From Amoebidium appalachense (taxonomy: Eukaryota; Protista; Ichthyosporea), in NCBI GenBank assembly GCA_963693365.1, contig CAVNZM010000013.1, positions 2,319,817-2,383,816 on the forward strand: a stretch of DNA of 64,000 nucleotides, given 5' to 3'. A program made the position numbers and the translations under genes. Below the pieces are notes generated by a model. The model was not told where the DNA came from and did no database searches. It was given only the letters and a program-made list of their open reading frames with translations. The stretch's first letter is position 1. Each line of letters begins with the position of its first letter. Positions 60,468 to 64,000 of this stretch are shown here, one piece after another.

Positions 60468-60861
60468 ATGGGAAACGAGCCTACGCACCAACAGGTTAAA
60501 TTGGGTGCACTACACAGACACATACATGCAGGAGCATGCACATGCAAAACTGCATGCACAAAACACAGACACAAGCACACAGCCAAGCATATTTCATTCC
60601 TGGTAGCCAGATCTCTCTTCCGTCAGCACCATTGATTGCACACCCAATCACCACGCACACCACCTAACTATATACGGTTTTTAACAGATCTACCAGATGA
60701 ACTTCTGGAAGCTGTGGTCTGGCACCTTCCCCCTAGATCCCGTCCCGTGCTCCGATTGGTCAATAGGCACATGCGCACAGTGGCCACACGGTGCATCAAA
60801 TCGTGCAAGATCAAAGACATACACACGGGGTAGGGGTGTGTGTGTGTGTGTGTGCGTGTGT

Positions 60862-60893
<32 letters not shown>

Positions 60894-61017
60894 AGGATGT
60901 GTAAGTGTGGGTGTGGTTGGGTGGGTGCTTGTGGGGGCGGGAAGGGGGGAGGAGGGGAGGGGGAGGGATGGGTGGGGGGGTGAGCATGTCCGTTCGTGTG
61001 TGTGTGGGGGTGGTGGT

Positions 61018-61049
<32 letters not shown>

Positions 61050-61840
61050 CACGCGCGCGCGCGTGTGTGTGTGCGTGTGTGTGTGTGTGCATGTGTGTGC
61101 ATGTGTGTTCGTGTGTGTGTGTTCCGGAGGGGGGGGGGGGGGGGGGGATGGGCAGATGCACATGGGAAGGGTGGGTGTGCTGTGGACGGGTGGGCGGGCC
61201 TTCTGCTGTTGTATGTGTACGTGCGTGTAAGCACGTGTGTCTGTGTGTAATGTTCCACATGCAACCATACCTTTCTAACGGTCACTATTTGGACCTTGGA
61301 TTTGCGGCTGCACACACACACGATCACACACTCGGGCACAAAAAACTTCACGAAGAGTTTGTCGTTTGCAGCTACACCAGAAGGAATCACTGTGTGTGTG
61401 AACCCATTCATGTTCGGCCTAAAAGAGTTCCAAAATTACATGCACACCCAGAAATTCACGTGCAGATATTTCACACAGACACGTGGGTATCGACAGATCC
61501 ACTCCACCATTCCAGACACACCCATCCCCCTCCCGTCAAAGTTCACACTGCTTCACTGGTGCCAATTACTGACCAACTTTCCACAACATACAAACACACA
61601 CATGCACACGCTTGCACACACACGTACACACACGTATACACGCACCTACGGACACACACACACACAATCACCCACCCACCCACACACACACACACGTACA
61701 TACACGTACACACAAGCATACACACGCACGTACACACACACACACACGCACACACGTACACACACACAGACACACACACACACACACACACCCCTACACA
61801 CACACAAACCTTCTCCCCCCCCCCCCCCCCCCCCCAAACA

Positions 61841-61886
<46 letters not shown>

Positions 61887-62274
61887 ACACACACACACAG
61901 GCTGTCTGCGGCCATCACCGCCTTCCCCTTCACGCAGCGGCTCAAGGTCAAGGACACGTACCACTCCACCAACCAGTGCTCACTCTCCATGCAGGCTGAT
62001 GCTGCCCTCACTGTTGCTCTCACCACGGCCTGCTGTATGCTGCTCTCCACCCCCCCCCTCCCCCGCCCCTATTCCCCCCAGTCCCCTCTCAACACACACA
62101 CACAAACCACACACCACACCACTTCCCTCACTTCCCCACACCCTCCCTCCCTATCCCCCCCCCCCCCCTCCCCCCTCCCTATCCCCCCCCCCCCCCCCCC
62201 CTCCCTGCCACACACACATACACACATACACGCGCGCGTGCACACACACACACACGCATACACCCACCCACCCA

Positions 62275-62344
<70 letters not shown>

Positions 62345-62515
62345 GTTCACCGACGAGATTAGGTCGAAAATGGGGTACTGCGAATGACGTACCACCCCCC
62401 TCTCCTCCCCTGCTTAATGATGGGTTCTGCGTATGATGCATGCTCTTTTGTTTGTAACTGTTGTCCGTCGTGAGTGTAAACCTCGTATTCTGTGACAAGT
62501 TCTAACCCCCCCTCC

Positions 62516-62547
<32 letters not shown>

Positions 62548-62574
62548 AATAATCTAAAAAACCCCTCTCCAATA

Positions 62575-62605
<31 letters not shown>

Positions 62606-62786
62606 GTACTTGACGGCCAACCCATTCCAATCCTTCCGTGCGCCAGCCAGCAATCACATTTTGTGCCTTTTGGCTCTTTTAGCTGCAGGCTCTCTTTCTG
62701 TGTGTCTCTTTGCTACATTTTGTGATCCCCCTCCGCCGAATATCTCCTCCTAAAGAAATACCTCAATCGGCCCTCCGCATATTGAA

Positions 62787-62839
<53 letters not shown>

Positions 62840-63305
62840 CACCACCACCCCATCCCCCCCACCCCCACCTCTCCCCACCCCCCCCCCCCCCTCCTCTCCC
62901 ACCCCACCACCACCACCAGCACACACCGCCCTTCCCTCCCCCCCCCCCCTCCCCCCCCCCCCCCCCCCCCGAAAAAACAAAACAAAACAAAACAAAACAA
63001 CCCCCCCTCGGGCCTCAATCTGTTCGTAAACACACACACACACACGTTCCAACAGCTGTTTTGCATGCTGGCTGCCACTGAATGTAACTAATTATTCCCT
63101 CTCGTGACGTCTGACTGCTGGTTTGATTGCAAACCCACAAAGGTTAAACCACTGATCGTGGGCAAAGTACATGCGCACCATGTTTGTTACGTGCACATGG
63201 GAATTCACATGCCACTGACAGCCACACACGTATGCACACACACACACACACCCACCCACACACATGCGCACCCCTCCCACACCCACACCCACACCCACAC
63301 CCACA

Positions 63306-63374
<69 letters not shown>

Positions 63375-63503
63375 ACACACACCCAGACCACCTGCGCAGC
63401 CTGCACCTCACGCACTGCTGTGTGACGGACCAATCAGTGGCCCTCATCTCCCAACTTCCCTCTCTCCAGTCACTTTACCTCGATAGCATCGAGGCTGTCA
63501 CCG
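60468..63503 (+). CDS. F-box / leucine-rich-repeat protein, continues beyond the window
   Basis: Phase-compatible exons 60468-60504 (tentative start [12 protein letters not shown]), 60688-60829 (F-box [20 protein letters not shown]), 61901-62034 and 63387-63503 ([25 protein letters not shown]). Confidence 0.8.
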
Positions 63504-63860
63504 GTGATCCGTCCCCCCCCCCCCCCCCCCCCCCCCCCCACCCGTGGCCCAGTTTTCAAGCATCTCACCACCTCCCCTTACCCCCTCCAATCCCCCCCCC
63601 CCCCCCCCCCCCCCCCCAAACACACACACACCCCTCCCCTACGGGTCCACCCCCTCACCTCTTTCCGCCTATCCCCCCCCCCCCCCCCCCTCCTCCCCCT
63701 CCCCCCCGGCCCCCCTCCCCCACGCCCCTTCCCCCCCCCCATACATCCAGCCACATTCTCAAAAAAGAATACCAACTCCCCCCCCCCCCCCCCCCCCCCC
63801 CCATACCATTCATCCTATCCACCCGGCCTCTTTCTGTTCTTTCTTCCCCTAACCCCAGCC

Positions 63861-64000
63861 CACCCCCCTCTCTCCCCCTCTAGCTCTCTCTCTCCCCCTC
63901 TAGCTCCCTCTCTCCCCCTCTAGCTCCCTCTCTCCCCCTCTAGCCCTCTCTCTCCCCCTCTAGCTCTCTCTCTCCCCCTCTAGCTCCCTCTCTCCCCCTC
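63861..64000 (+). repeat. 20-bp tandem repeat TAGCTCYCTCTCTCCCCCTC
   Basis: At least 6 units running to the window end. Confidence 0.9.

Noticed and set aside
61296-61590. Extra F-box gene exon from a complex stretch in intron 2
   Set aside because: The flanking exons already join in phase, no convincing splice sites were found, and it has no LRR pattern.

Overview
Intron-rich eukaryotic DNA. The proteins look opisthokont or holozoan-like, but the organism cannot be fixed from sequence alone. Introns are packed with poly-C/poly-G and (CA)n/(GT)n tracts, so nearly all ORFs in the supplied track are low-complexity noise. Manual splicing gives four host genes on the + strand: EB1/MAPRE (171-7620), a Lifeguard/TMBIM gene (27460-34512), mitochondrial enoyl-CoA delta isomerase ECI1 (50844-56432) and an F-box/LRR gene that runs off the window. 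A segment holding the EB1 3' half and the TMBIM 5' end occurs twice (~4236-11732 and ~23536-28748). The copies flank an ~11.8-kb foreign insert containing orphan exons, a Gln-Ala-repeat gene and Tc1 and LINE remnants, and each copy has decayed only in its redundant half. Mobile DNA includes a P-element derivative whose empty site is visible in the duplicate, a hAT MITE, and a near-intact six-exon Dada-like DDE transposase with an embedded DEDDy 3'-5' exonuclease (49077-41175, minus strand). Just upstream of that transposase is a strand-specific hairpin built from tandem G.A mismatches. An intronless BTB pseudogene is also present. Exon models were made by eye and family calls come from remembered motifs; no searches were run.
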